64,000 bases of DNA from an uncultured Candidatus Saccharibacteria bacterium (GCA_964562675.1 CAZLUG010000002.1:5852-69851), one strand, 5' to 3'. Counted from the first letter of the stretch, positions 20,506 through 30,296 are shown. Numbers and translations are program-made. Notes: a model not told the origin generated them from the letters alone.

Positions 20506-21267
20506 ATGAGATTAATAGTGGCCAACTGGAAAATGAATCCGATTTCTTCAAAGAGAGCTCTCGAAATTTTTAATCAATTTTTAAGGGGTATAACAATCTC
20601 GCATACTGAGGTTATTATTTGTCCTCCATTTTTATATCTTCCATTTTTATCCACTAAGCTTAAGAAGCTAAAGGAAAAGAAAATTAAATTAGGGGCTCAG
20701 GATTGCGCTTTTGCTGAAAAAGGCGCTTTTACTGGTGAGATTTCTCCTTTGATGCTGAAAGACTTGGGGGTAAAATTTGTCATTCTCGGTCATTCTGAAC
20801 GCCGGATGATACTTAAAGAAACTGATGAAATCATCAACAAGAAATTAAAAGAAGCTTTGAAAACAGGCCTTCAACCCATTCTTTGTATTGGCGAGACAAT
20901 TGCTGAAAGGGAAAAAGGAAAAACTTTTTTAGTCTTGGAGAATGAAATTAAAAAGGGGTTAAAAGGAATATCACGCAGAGACGCTGCAAAAATTCTTTTT
21001 GCTTACGAACCGATTTGGGCAATTGGGAAAAGAGATTCATGCCCGGTTCATGAAGTAATGATTGAAGCGCTTTCAATCAGAAAAATTCTGACGGGGTTAT
21101 ATAATAAAAAAATTGCCAAATCAGCTAAGATTCTTTATGGAGGAAGTATAGATTCGACTAATGTAAATGATTATCTGCACAATTTTGCTCTCCAAGGTTT
21201 TTTAGTTGGAGGTTCTTCTATTGAACCAAAAGATTTTGTTAAAATAGTTAAGATTGCGGGAAAGTGA
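20506..21267 (+). CDS. tpiA: triosephosphate isomerase
   Basis: ANWKMN, GHSERR, AYEPIWAIG, YGGS. Confidence 0.97.
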   Translation: MRLIVANWKMNPISSKRALEIFNQFLRGITISHTEVIICPPFLYLPFLSTKLKKLKEKKIKLGAQDCAFAEKGAFTGEISPLMLKDLGVKFVILGHSERRMILKETDEIINKKLKEALKTGLQPILCIGETIAEREKGKTFLVLENEIKKGLKGISRRDAAKILFAYEPIWAIGKRDSCPVHEVMIEALSIRKILTGLYNKKIAKSAKILYGGSIDSTNVNDYLHNFALQGFLVGGSSIEPKDFVKIVKIAGK

Positions 21268-21319
21268 TTTTCAATATTATCCCCGGATTTTTTTCATTAC
21301 AGCTTTAGCGCTTAAATTT

Positions 21320-21838
21320 ATGCTGAGTTTTAAAGAAGCTAACTTTTACAATCCAACTGTGGGACGATTGACGTTTCAAATGACTGTTCAGGAGATTTTG
21401 CGATATATGGCTGAAAAGCCCGAAAAATTTTACGATGTTGTGGTAGGGTGCGACTCCTCATCTGAAGAAATTCCCACTTTCCCAGTCGTTATTGTGGTCT
21501 TGAGGGTAGGAGAAGGAGGAAGATTTTTTATCAGGAAAATTTCTTATCCTTCAGCTCCAAGAGGTAAATTTCATAATTTTCACCAGAGAATCTTACAAGA
21601 AATCCTATTATCTTGTGAACTTGCTTTGTCATTAAAAGAAGAATTAAGCAAACAAATACGTATCAGGCACGCGAGTTTTCATTATCGGTTCCGTTATATC
21701 CATGCTGACATCGGGGAACAAGGCCCAACGAAAGATATGATTAAAGAAGTAGTAAATTTGATTCAAAGTAATGGTTTTGAAGCAAAGATTAAACCAGAAT
21801 CATTTGCTGCCTCAATAGTGGCAGATAGATTTACTTAA
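21320..21838 (+). CDS. RNase H-like YkuK (DUF458) family protein
   Basis: VVGCDS...GGRFF...IHADIG..GPT...IKPESFAAS..AD pattern. Confidence 0.8.
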   Translation: MLSFKEANFYNPTVGRLTFQMTVQEILRYMAEKPEKFYDVVVGCDSSSEEIPTFPVVIVVLRVGEGGRFFIRKISYPSAPRGKFHNFHQRILQEILLSCELALSLKEELSKQIRIRHASFHYRFRYIHADIGEQGPTKDMIKEVVNLIQSNGFEAKIKPESFAASIVADRFT

Positions 21839-21845
21839 TTAAATT

Positions 21846-23711
21846 ATGAATTCTGCTGGTATAAGAAAAAAATTTTTGGATTTTTTCAAGAAAAATGGGC
21901 ATAAGATTATTTCTTCGAGCTCTTTAGTTCCCAATGATTCTACCGTTCTTTTTACTTCGGCCGGGATGCAGCAATTAGCTCCTTATTTATCAGGGGAAAA
22001 AGACGTTATAAAAGATTTTGGTCAAAGGCACCTCGCTTCTTGCCAGAAGTGCCTGAGAACGGGAGATATTGATGCGATAGGAGATGACACTCACCATACT
22101 TTTTTTGAAATGTTGGGGAACTGGTCAATTGGCCAAGATAAAGATGGATACTTTAAAGAGAAAGCGATTAAGTATTCTTTAGATTTTCTTTGTAATGTTT
22201 TGAAGCTCGAAAAGAAACGGCTGTGGGTAACAATTTTTAAAGGTGATGGAAAAATTCCTCGAGACGAGGCGTCTTTAAGGATTTGGCAGGAAAATGGAAT
22301 TCCCCGATCTAGAATTAGGGAGTTTGGCATGGAAGACAATTTCTGGGGTCCCGTTAGAGAAACTGGCCCATGCGGTCCCTGTACTGAAATTCACTATGAC
22401 CGCGGAGAAAAATTTGGTTGTGGCCGCGCTGATTGTGGTCCAAATTGTCCATACTGCCAACGATTTGTAGAGGTTTGGAATTTGGTTTTTATGGAGTATG
22501 ACAAGCAATTAATGTCTACCCAAAAAGGGAAGCCGGCTTATATCTATAAAAAATTGCCCCAGAAAAACGTTGATACAGGTATGGGATTTGAAAGATTAAT
22601 TTCTATTTTAGAGAAAAAACCCTCTGCTTATGAAACTGATATTTTTTCTTTAGCGTTGAAAACTGTTATTCAAAAGTCTCCCTATGAATACGATGGACGC
22701 CAAAAACAATTCAGAATTTTGGTAGACCACTTGAGAGCAGTAATCTTTCTAGCCGCTGAAGGGTTAACTCCAAGCAATTTAGGCAGGGGATACATTTTAC
22801 GGCGGATTCTCAGAAGAATTATGAGATATGCTAAAGAGCTTGAATTGCCAAAACAATGGTATGTAGATTGTATAAAGGCTTTTTTAAAAACTTATCAATC
22901 TTTTTATCCGGAGCTTTTGCGGAAAGAATCTGAAACTCTTGTTATTATCCAAAATGAGGAAGAAAAATTTCAAAAGACGCTACGCCAGGGCTTAAAAGAA
23001 TTTAAGAAACTTATATTTTCAAAAACCCAAAGAAGTAAATCAAAAATAATCACGGGCCGAGAAGCTTTTGAACTTTATGAAACTTATGGGTTTCCCTTGG
23101 AATTTACAAAAGAAATGGCTCTAGAACAAGGGTTTGGAGTCGAGGAGAAAGAATTCAAGGAAGCCTTAGAGCAACACCGAATAGTATCCCGTCGAGGCGC
23201 TAAAGAGAAATTTGGAGGACACGGAATCAAAGAAGATAATCCAAGCTTTTCAAAGGATAATCTTAAAATTATAAGACTTCACACAGCCACTCATCTGCTT
23301 CAAGCAGCTTTGAGAAAAATTTTAGGTAAGGAGGTTTCTCAGAAAGGCTCTGACATTAATGCTGAAAGGCTACGATTTGATTTTTCTTTTAATCGAAAGC
23401 TGACTCAAGAGGAGATTAGAAAAGTAGAGGATTTAGTCAATGGGAAAATCCGGGAGAATTTAAAAGTACGGTGGGAAAAGATGCCCAAGAGTCAAGCGCT
23501 GGCTTCTAAAGCTTTGGCGTTTTTCCCTGAAAAATATCCGGATGTAGTGAGAGTGTACACTATTTTTAACCCTGAAACCGGTGAGGTTTTTTCTCAAGAA
23601 ATTTGCGCTGGACCCCACGTGGAGAGTATATTAGAATTAGGTAAGTTTAAAATTATAAAAGAGAATTCTTTAGGACGAGGAATACGGCGGATTAAAGCAA
23701 TTCTAAAATAA
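21846..23711 (+). CDS. alaS: alanine--tRNA ligase, short form lacking the C-Ala domain
   Basis: LFTSAGMQ, HHTFFEMLGNWS, GPCGPCTEI, editing motifs HTATH and CAGPH; 621 aa. Confidence 0.97.
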   Translation: MNSAGIRKKFLDFFKKNGHKIISSSSLVPNDSTVLFTSAGMQQLAPYLSGEKDVIKDFGQRHLASCQKCLRTGDIDAIGDDTHHTFFEMLGNWSIGQDKDGYFKEKAIKYSLDFLCNVLKLEKKRLWVTIFKGDGKIPRDEASLRIWQENGIPRSRIREFGMEDNFWGPVRETGPCGPCTEIHYDRGEKFGCGRADCGPNCPYCQRFVEVWNLVFMEYDKQLMSTQKGKPAYIYKKLPQKNVDTGMGFERLISILEKKPSAYETDIFSLALKTVIQKSPYEYDGRQKQFRILVDHLRAVIFLAAEGLTPSNLGRGYILRRILRRIMRYAKELELPKQWYVDCIKAFLKTYQSFYPELLRKESETLVIIQNEEEKFQKTLRQGLKEFKKLIFSKTQRSKSKIITGREAFELYETYGFPLEFTKEMALEQGFGVEEKEFKEALEQHRIVSRRGAKEKFGGHGIKEDNPSFSKDNLKIIRLHTATHLLQAALRKILGKEVSQKGSDINAERLRFDFSFNRKLTQEEIRKVEDLVNGKIRENLKVRWEKMPKSQALASKALAFFPEKYPDVVRVYTIFNPETGEVFSQEICAGPHVESILELGKFKIIKENSLGRGIRRIKAILK

Positions 23712-23735
23712 TCACCAAGGAAAAATAAAAAAAGT

Positions 23736-24932
23736 ATGGTTTTGCCTTTCTTTAAAATATTTTCTGCTAGGACACCTTCGCGGAAGGATTTTCTTTTCTT
23801 GGCTATTGGCAATAACCAGGTAGAGGGGTTAGTATTTCAAAAAACAATAGATAAAAAAATAAAAGTTTTGGCTTATGACCGTGAGCCCATTGAACTTTTT
23901 GGGATTTTTGAAACCAGGAATTTTTACAATGAAGTTTTGAAACGGTCTATTTTTAAAATTTTGAAATCTCTCCAGCTTGAACGAGGAAAATTTACCGAGG
24001 TGTTTGTTAACCTAGGTCCAAGAGATTTAAAAAGTTATGTTTCTTATATTAATTTTCACCGAAAAAATCCTGGAAAGATTTCCGAAAAGGAGAAAGATGA
24101 TATTTTAGATTTTGCCTTTAAGGAATCAGCTAACGAGCTTTATGAAAAATTTTCTCGAAATGCTACCAATTCTGCAAAAAAAGATATTAAACTCATCAGA
24201 CGTAAAATTTTGGATATTAAAATTTCCGGATATTCTGTGCCGACTTTAGTTGGTTACACTGGGAAAGATATTGGGTTGAGAATTCTTTCGATTTTAGGAT
24301 ATCAATCAGAGCTTAAGAGATACACAAACATACTTCAATATTTTGGTTTTAAGAAAATTGATTTTAGAAGCAAAGCCGAGGGACTTGCGGATTGGCTAGA
24401 GCAAAAAAAGAAAGATTCCGAAAAGTACTCCGCGACCATTTTAGATGTAACTTCAAATAACACCCAAGTTTTCTTGATTCAGAAAAACTGCTTAGATTGG
24501 GTAGGAGAATTTAAAATAGGCGAAAATAATTTTTTAGAAGTTCTGTCAAAGAAATTTGGCATGCAATCTTCAATGGCTTCTCAATTAGTTGAAAAATTTA
24601 TTAGAGGGAAATTAGAGAAAAATTTAACAAAAGAACTTGAGAAATATTTTTCGTTGCCTTTTAATACTTGGTGCGATCAGCTAAAGTACGAGCTTGAAGA
24701 ATTTAAAAAGAGAAATTTTATTTTTGTTCAATCTTTCCACTTTCTTGAGAATACAATTCTCATTCCTCTTCTGCGTTCTAGCTCGGGAAAGAATACTTTT
24801 GGAGAGTTGATCATTCTAGAGAATTTTAAAATTTCTTCTTTACGGCCGAAAGATTTTTCTATCAAGGCTAATTCTCGCTATCTCAATAATCCACTTGCTA
24901 CGAGAATTACTTTATTAGCTTTAGGAACTTAA
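23736..24932 (+). CDS. divergent FtsA/PilM-like actin-fold hypothetical protein
   Basis: Weak pattern similarity: FLAIG N-terminal strand, ISGY.V, ILDV...TQV, IGENNF; ATP-binding motifs degenerate. Confidence 0.5.
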   Translation: MVLPFFKIFSARTPSRKDFLFLAIGNNQVEGLVFQKTIDKKIKVLAYDREPIELFGIFETRNFYNEVLKRSIFKILKSLQLERGKFTEVFVNLGPRDLKSYVSYINFHRKNPGKISEKEKDDILDFAFKESANELYEKFSRNATNSAKKDIKLIRRKILDIKISGYSVPTLVGYTGKDIGLRILSILGYQSELKRYTNILQYFGFKKIDFRSKAEGLADWLEQKKKDSEKYSATILDVTSNNTQVFLIQKNCLDWVGEFKIGENNFLEVLSKKFGMQSSMASQLVEKFIRGKLEKNLTKELEKYFSLPFNTWCDQLKYELEEFKKRNFIFVQSFHFLENTILIPLLRSSSGKNTFGELIILENFKISSLRPKDFSIKANSRYLNNPLATRITLLALGT

Positions 24933-24935
24933 TAT

Positions 24936-26192
24936 ATGATCAAGAAAATTTTTGATATTAAACCACCGGAGAAGGACGAAAGAGTTGTTCAATCTTTCCC
25001 GGAAAAAACTGGATTGCCAAAACAACACTCAATCCATTTGAAAAAAATTCTCTTTTTTGGTTTAGGACTATTGATTTTTAGTCTTGGCATGGTCGTCATT
25101 ATTGATTTAAACTCAAAAATGATAATTGAGTTAACGCCTCGCGAGAGGATTATCACAGCTACCACGACTGTTCAGGCTATCTCTGAAACATCAGCTTCTA
25201 CCTCCCAAGAAAAGGCTATTAACACCCAGTTATTGAAAATTCACCAAGACGCCACAGAGAAATTTTCAGCGACGGGGGAAAAAACCGAAGAAGGGAAGGC
25301 AAAAGGAACAATACGTATTTATAATAAAAGTCTTTCTTCTCAGACAATAGTTTTTCGAGCGGGTACCCGTTTTTTATCTTCAGATGGCTCAAAAACTTTT
25401 GTTTCTCCCAAAAAAATCTATATTCCTGCTAGCTATTTTAAAAACGGGAAAAGACTGCCAGGTACGGTAGATGTCACAGTTGAAGCTGTGGAGCCGGGAC
25501 CGGACTATAATATTGGGCCCTCGAAATTTTCTGTTCCTGGATTGTCGGGCGATGCTTTATATTACAGTATTTACGGCGAATCAAATTCTTCGTTTTCCGG
25601 TGGTTTTAAAAAGAGCGTTAAGGTAGTCAGTAAAAGTGACTTGGAAAAGGCTAAACAAAATCTTCGAGGAGAACTTTTACATAATGCGAATCAGAGTTTA
25701 AAGCAAAAATTGCCCAAGGATTTCGTTTTTCTCAAAAAAAGCACTTCTACAGAATCACTAAAAATTTCTTGTTCCCAGAAATCTGGTGATGTTGTTTCGG
25801 CGTTTTCTTGTCAAGGAGATATTTTTTTAGAAGCTTTGGTTTTTGACGGCAAAGAATTAGAAAGTATTGCCAAAAAAATTGTTTTAAAGCAACTTTTGGA
25901 CTCAGAAGCTATTAATGAAAATAGTTTATCTTTTCACTACGATGTAGAGAATTTAGATATCAAAAAAGGGACAGCAACCCTTAGTATAAATTCTTTAGTC
26001 AAAGTTTATAAGAAAATAGACAAAAATTTTCTAAAATCAAGAATTAAGGGTGAATCAGAAAGCACAATGAGAAACATTATAGCCAGTGAATTTCCCGAAA
26101 TTCAGAAAGCGGAAATTAAAATATTTCCCTTTTGGCTGCATTCGGCGCCGAAGAATGAAAACAAAATTACTTTTGTTTTAAAACTAAATTAG
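24936..26192 (+). CDS. membrane-anchored protein with baseplate J/gp47-like domain
   Basis: N-terminal TM helix; AKGTIRIYN, GTRF, V.VEA.EPG..YNIG, FSGG...VVSKSD pattern. Confidence 0.6.
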   Translation: MIKKIFDIKPPEKDERVVQSFPEKTGLPKQHSIHLKKILFFGLGLLIFSLGMVVIIDLNSKMIIELTPRERIITATTTVQAISETSASTSQEKAINTQLLKIHQDATEKFSATGEKTEEGKAKGTIRIYNKSLSSQTIVFRAGTRFLSSDGSKTFVSPKKIYIPASYFKNGKRLPGTVDVTVEAVEPGPDYNIGPSKFSVPGLSGDALYYSIYGESNSSFSGGFKKSVKVVSKSDLEKAKQNLRGELLHNANQSLKQKLPKDFVFLKKSTSTESLKISCSQKSGDVVSAFSCQGDIFLEALVFDGKELESIAKKIVLKQLLDSEAINENSLSFHYDVENLDIKKGTATLSINSLVKVYKKIDKNFLKSRIKGESESTMRNIIASEFPEIQKAEIKIFPFWLHSAPKNENKITFVLKLN

Positions 26193-26247
26193 CCTGAAAT
26201 TTTGCCAGTGGAGAATTTACTTTTGTCATCGGCAGCAATGGAAAAAG

Positions 26248-26276
26248 TTGACGTTTAAATAAATTTTTGCTAAGAT
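26248..26276 (+). promoter_or_regulatory. sigma70-type promoter of the infA/alpha operon
   Basis: TTGACG-N17-TAAGAT with TG extension. Confidence 0.6.
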
Positions 26277-26298
26277 AAATTTGGATTTAGTTAAATTA

Positions 26299-26514
26299 AT
26301 GTTAAAGAAAAATCAAGCAAGAGGGGAAGTTATTGAGGCCTTGCCCAGCCTCTCTTTTAAGGTAAAATTGGAGAATGGACAGGAAGTCCTTGCTCGTTTA
26401 AGAGGAAAGTTAAGAGTTTATAGAATTAAGATTTTGCCGGGGGATAAAGTGATTGTTGAAATAAGCCCTTACGACAAAACTAAAGGTAGAATTATTTACC
26501 GACTTAAGTATTGA
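26299..26514 (+). CDS. infA: translation initiation factor IF-1
   Basis: [33 protein letters not shown]. Confidence 0.97.
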   Translation: MLKKNQARGEVIEALPSLSFKVKLENGQEVLARLRGKLRVYRIKILPGDKVIVEISPYDKTKGRIIYRLKY

Positions 26515-26596
26515 AAGACAACCAGCAAAGAGGCTTAGCGAGCAATAACTTCATTCCATTTTTAACGGCAGAAGCCGATTTTCTTATTTAGGTATT

Positions 26597-26713
26597 ATGA
26601 AAGTTCGTTCATCAGTGAAGAAAATTTGTGATAATTGTAAAATTGTCCGCCGAAAAGGGAAAGTCTATGTGATTTGTAAAAATCCTAAGCATAAACAAAG
26701 GCAAGGGAGGTGA
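26597..26713 (+). CDS. rpmJ: 50S ribosomal protein L36 (not in the ORF track)
   Basis: Read by hand: [38 protein letters not shown]. Confidence 0.97.
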   Translation: MKVRSSVKKICDNCKIVRRKGKVYVICKNPKHKQRQGR

Positions 26714-26756
26714 TTTTGCTATTTAAAGGTTTTTTGAATTTTGTTAAATTTATTTT

Positions 26757-27146
26757 ATGGTACGTATTGTAGGCGTTAGTATTCCTGACGAAAAATATAT
26801 AGATATTGCTCTAACCTATATTTATGGTATAGGTCGTTCTTTGGCTAACAAAATTTTGCAAGAAACAAAAATCAGTTCTTCAAAAAAAACAAAAGATTTG
26901 AGCGAGGAAGAATTAAACCGGATTAAAAAGTTTATCGATGATCATTTTGTCATTGAAGGAGAACTTCGCCGCCAAGTAGTTTCAAACATTAGAAGGTTAA
27001 AGGGCATAGAATGTTGGCGAGGAATTCGTCATCTCAAGGGGTTGCCTGTTCGCGGACAGAAAACGAGAAAGAATTCCAGGACAGTACGGGGGAATATTAG
27101 AAAAACAGTAGGATCAGGGCACAAAGCTCCTCCGGCGCCGAAATAG
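26757..27146 (+). CDS. rpsM: 30S ribosomal protein S13
   Basis: ALTYIYGIGRS, RGIRH..GLPVRGQKT. Confidence 0.97.
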   Translation: MVRIVGVSIPDEKYIDIALTYIYGIGRSLANKILQETKISSSKKTKDLSEEELNRIKKFIDDHFVIEGELRRQVVSNIRRLKGIECWRGIRHLKGLPVRGQKTRKNSRTVRGNIRKTVGSGHKAPPAPK

Positions 27147-27205
27147 TTTTCAGATAAATACTAAAATTTTGTTGAGATAACTTATTAATTTATTTTTCAA
27201 AAAGT

Positions 27206-27658
27206 ATGGGAAAGAAACGAGTTATTCATAGGACAAAAGAAGAAATTCTCAAAGAAGGGGAAAGAATAGAGAAAGCTGTTAGCAAGGAAATTAAAACAAA
27301 AGTTTTGCCAAAGATTAGGGAAGGCAGGTTTTATATTTTTTCAAGTTACAATAATACAATAGTTTCCCTCACCGATGACAAGGGAGATGTCTTAGCCCAG
27401 AGAAGTGCAGGAGCCATTGGCTTTAAAGGAACAAAAAAGGGTACTTCTTTCGCTGCTTCACGTGTAGCTCAAGTTATGGTAAATATTGCCGAAAAGCTTA
27501 AAATTCAGAAAATTCATATCTTTGTTAAGGGAATTGGCAGTGGGCGAGAATCTGTTCTCCGCACTTTAATGAATTATGGATTTGACGTTCTTTCTATCCA
27601 AGATGTCACACCTATTCCCCATAATGGTTGTCGGCCAAAAAAAGTCAGAAGGGTATAG
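27206..27658 (+). CDS. rpsK: 30S ribosomal protein S11
   Basis: SYNNTIV, GFKGTKKGT, DVTPIPHNGCRP. Confidence 0.97.
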   Translation: MGKKRVIHRTKEEILKEGERIEKAVSKEIKTKVLPKIREGRFYIFSSYNNTIVSLTDDKGDVLAQRSAGAIGFKGTKKGTSFAASRVAQVMVNIAEKLKIQKIHIFVKGIGSGRESVLRTLMNYGFDVLSIQDVTPIPHNGCRPKKVRRV

Positions 27659-27738
27659 CAATAATATTTGTTTTTGAGATTTTGTTTGGGGGAAATAGTA
27701 TATTTATTAGAAATAAAAAATATTAATTATTTAGAGTT

Positions 27739-27997
27739 ATTATATTCATTCTTGTATGCAGAAAAATGCTTGTAAAATTTGTAGAAGGTTAGGGCAAAAA
27801 CGCCGCTCCGCTTTCCAGACCCTGGCGGTTCTGGCGTCCCGTTTTCAACGGGACTGTTTCCACTACGGAGAAACATTCTGTTTCCCCGCCCCCTTTTTGG
27901 GTTTTTGCCCTAAAAGGAGTAATATCATAGATTAATTATATTCATTCTTGTATGCAGAAAAATGCTTGTAAAATTTGTAGAAGGTTAGGGCAAAAAC
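27739..27997 (+). repeat. 63-bp exact direct repeat (27739-27801 and 27935-27997) flanking a 133-bp GC-rich structured insert
   Basis: ATTATATTCATTCTTGTATGCAGAAAAATGCTTGTAAAATTTGTAGAAGGTTAGGGCAAAAAC occurs twice; 13-bp inverted repeat 27789-27801/27901-27913. Confidence 0.95.
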
Positions 27998-28581
27998 TCT
28001 TTTTGAAGGGAGAAAAATGTTTTTCTTCTAAATGTCCAATGATTAAGAAACCTTATCCTCCTGGGAAAACAACTCAAAAAAGGAGAAGACGTTTATCTGA
28101 ATACGGAGTAGAATTTGCCGAAAAACAGAAGCTAAAGAACTGGTATAATCTTTCAGAGCATCAGTTTTATCAATACGTCTCTAAGGCTTTATCAGAAAGG
28201 AAAAAAGCTGAAGAAACTCCCTTAGAGCTCTTAAATTTATTAGAGAGGCGGTTTGACAATGTGGTTTTCAGATTGGGTTTTGCAGCTTCAAAAAAGGAGG
28301 CGCGCCAACTTGTTTCTCACGGGTTTTTTTTCGTGAATGGCAAAAAAGTCAATATTCCTTCGTTCCAGCTTAAAAAGGGTGATGTTGTATCTTTAGCGGC
28401 AAGCAAAGCAAAGAAAGAAAAAACTAAAGTTTTTAGCCTTCGTTTAAAGAAAGCTCAGCCTCCTGCTTGGTTGAAGTTGTTGAAAGAAAAAATGGAAGGG
28501 AAAGTTTTAAGAGATCTTAATTTAAGCGACTTGAGTTTTCCGGCTGAGATTTCTTCAATTTTTGAGTTTTATTCACGATAA
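27952..28581 (+). CDS. rpsD: 30S ribosomal protein S4 (Zn-finger type)
   Basis: CKICRR..KLFLKGEKC, SEYG, LERRFDNVVFRLG, ARQLVSHG. Confidence 0.97.
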   Translation: MQKNACKICRRLGQKLFLKGEKCFSSKCPMIKKPYPPGKTTQKRRRRLSEYGVEFAEKQKLKNWYNLSEHQFYQYVSKALSERKKAEETPLELLNLLERRFDNVVFRLGFAASKKEARQLVSHGFFFVNGKKVNIPSFQLKKGDVVSLAASKAKKEKTKVFSLRLKKAQPPAWLKLLKEKMEGKVLRDLNLSDLSFPAEISSIFEFYSR

Positions 28582-28626
28582 TTGATTAAGTCGAAAATTT
28601 AAAATGCCCATTTTTGGGAAAAATAT

Positions 28627-29577
28627 ATGATTCCTTTACCATCTCAAATAAAAGTCACTAATCAAGCAAAAAACAAGGCGAATTTTGAAATATCGGGATT
28701 ATATCCCGGCTACGGCATCACGATTGGTAATACCTTAAGAAGAGTACTCCTTTCTTCTTTAGAGGGTGCAGCTATTACACAGTTTAAAATTAAAGGAGTC
28801 ACTCAGGAATTATCTACTTTGCCCGGCGTTTTAGAGGATACTATCTTTATCATTTTAAACCTTAAAAGATTACGTTTTAGAAGTTATAGCCAACAGCCCC
28901 AAAAAGCTACTTTGGATGTACGAGGAGCAAAGGTTGTATGTGGCAAAGATCTCAAATTACCACCTGATCTGCAAATAGTAAATCCCGAAGAAAAAATAGC
29001 CACTCTCACTGCCAAATCTTCTCATTTAGAAATGGAAGTTCAGGTTGAAAAGGGAGTAGGATACAATTCTGTAGAAAAGAGACCGGAAGATAAAAAAACT
29101 ATAGGCACAATTCCCATAGATGCTATTTTTACGCCCGTTAAAAAAGTGAGTTTCCGAGTGGATAATATGATGGTTGGCAAAAGAACTGATTTTGATAAAC
29201 TGCAGATTGCAATTGAGACAGATGGCACCCTGACTCCTCGAGCCGCTTTGCAGCAAGCGATAGATCTTCTCATCAAACATTTTTCTGACCTCAATGACCT
29301 TTTAAGCAAAGGAAACGAGCAAAAGGAGTCTTCAAAAAAGAGTATTAAGCCAAAAAGCTCAAAAAAGGAAGAAACAAAAGCCGAGGAACCACAAAATATT
29401 GAGAACCTAAAAATTTCTCAGAGAATTAAAAACGCTTTACTGAATAATAACATTAAGACCGTTAATGGTTTACTTCGCAAGCCCGAAAAAACGATTTTGG
29501 GCTTAGAAGGAATGGGAACAAAAAGCGTGCGAGAACTTAAGAAAGCTCTCAAGAAATTAGGTTTAGAGCTAAAATAG
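28627..29577 (+). CDS. rpoA: RNA polymerase alpha subunit
   Basis: GYGITIGNTLRRVLLSS, IDAIFTPV, alpha-CTD at the C-terminus. Confidence 0.98.
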   Translation: MIPLPSQIKVTNQAKNKANFEISGLYPGYGITIGNTLRRVLLSSLEGAAITQFKIKGVTQELSTLPGVLEDTIFIILNLKRLRFRSYSQQPQKATLDVRGAKVVCGKDLKLPPDLQIVNPEEKIATLTAKSSHLEMEVQVEKGVGYNSVEKRPEDKKTIGTIPIDAIFTPVKKVSFRVDNMMVGKRTDFDKLQIAIETDGTLTPRAALQQAIDLLIKHFSDLNDLLSKGNEQKESSKKSIKPKSSKKEETKAEEPQNIENLKISQRIKNALLNNNIKTVNGLLRKPEKTILGLEGMGTKSVRELKKALKKLGLELK

Positions 29578-29581
29578 TCTT

Positions 29582-29932
29582 ATGCGGCATCTTAAAAAAG
29601 GACGAAAATTTTCAATGAAAGCTGCTCCAAGAAAAGCCTTATTAATTTCACTAGCAAGTGAGATTGTTTTGCGGGGGAAAATTAAGACTACTCATGCCAA
29701 AGCCAAAGAAGTTTCTTCTTACTTAGAAAAGTTTTTGACCAAAGCCAAAAAAGGAGATTTAGCCTCTCGAAGAATGATTAATCGTTATTTTTCTAAAAAA
29801 ACTACAAAAAAAATGATTGAAGAAATCGCTCCTAAAATACAAACTCGGAAAGGAGGTTATACAAGAGTTATTAAACTTGGTCCTCGGAAAGGAGATGGGG
29901 CAAAGATGGCGGTTATAGAGCTTGTGAAATAA
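29582..29932 (+). CDS. rplQ: 50S ribosomal protein L17
   Basis: MRHLKKGRK, IKTT.AKAKE, GGYTRVIK, RKGDGA. Confidence 0.97.
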   Translation: MRHLKKGRKFSMKAAPRKALLISLASEIVLRGKIKTTHAKAKEVSSYLEKFLTKAKKGDLASRRMINRYFSKKTTKKMIEEIAPKIQTRKGGYTRVIKLGPRKGDGAKMAVIELVK

Positions 29933-29948
29933 TTAATAAATAGATTTT

Positions 29949-30296
29949 ATGCAGCGTAAAACTTATACAATTGATGCTCAAAACAAATCTTTAGGTCGAA
30001 TAGCAGTCGAGGCGGCCAGGATTCTGAGAGGGAAACATAAGCCGGATTTTGAACCTTCTCAAGACAAAGGGGATTTTGTTTTAGTAAAGAATATTAAGAA
30101 AATTAAGCTGACTGGCCGTAAATTCGAAAAGAAGGTTTACCAGCATCATACTGGTTTCCCTGGTGGTTTAAAAAAGAAAGCCGTTGCTGAAGTTTTTCAA
30201 CAAAGTCCCGGAACTGTTTTACGCAAAGCGGTTTTTGGTATGTTGCCGAAAAATAAGTTGAGGCAAATAATGATTAAACGCTTAAAAACAAATTAA
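29949..30296 (+). CDS. rplM: 50S ribosomal protein L13 (short)
   Basis: IDA...LGR.A, LRGKHKP, HTGFPGGLK, AVFGMLPKN. Confidence 0.96.
   Translation: MQRKTYTIDAQNKSLGRIAVEAARILRGKHKPDFEPSQDKGDFVLVKNIKKIKLTGRKFEKKVYQHHTGFPGGLKKKAVAEVFQQSPGTVLRKAVFGMLPKNKLRQIMIKRLKTN

Noticed and set aside
24936-26192. Prophage or contractile injection system suggested by the baseplate-J-like gene
   Set aside because: No sheath, tube, terminase, capsid or integrase genes are present, and the gene is membrane-anchored within a housekeeping operon.
27739-27997. Diversity-generating retroelement TR/VR pair or CRISPR mini-array
   Set aside because: The two copies are identical with no adenine-specific mismatches, there is no reverse transcriptase in the window, and the repeat is 63 bp of rpsD sequence with only two copies.
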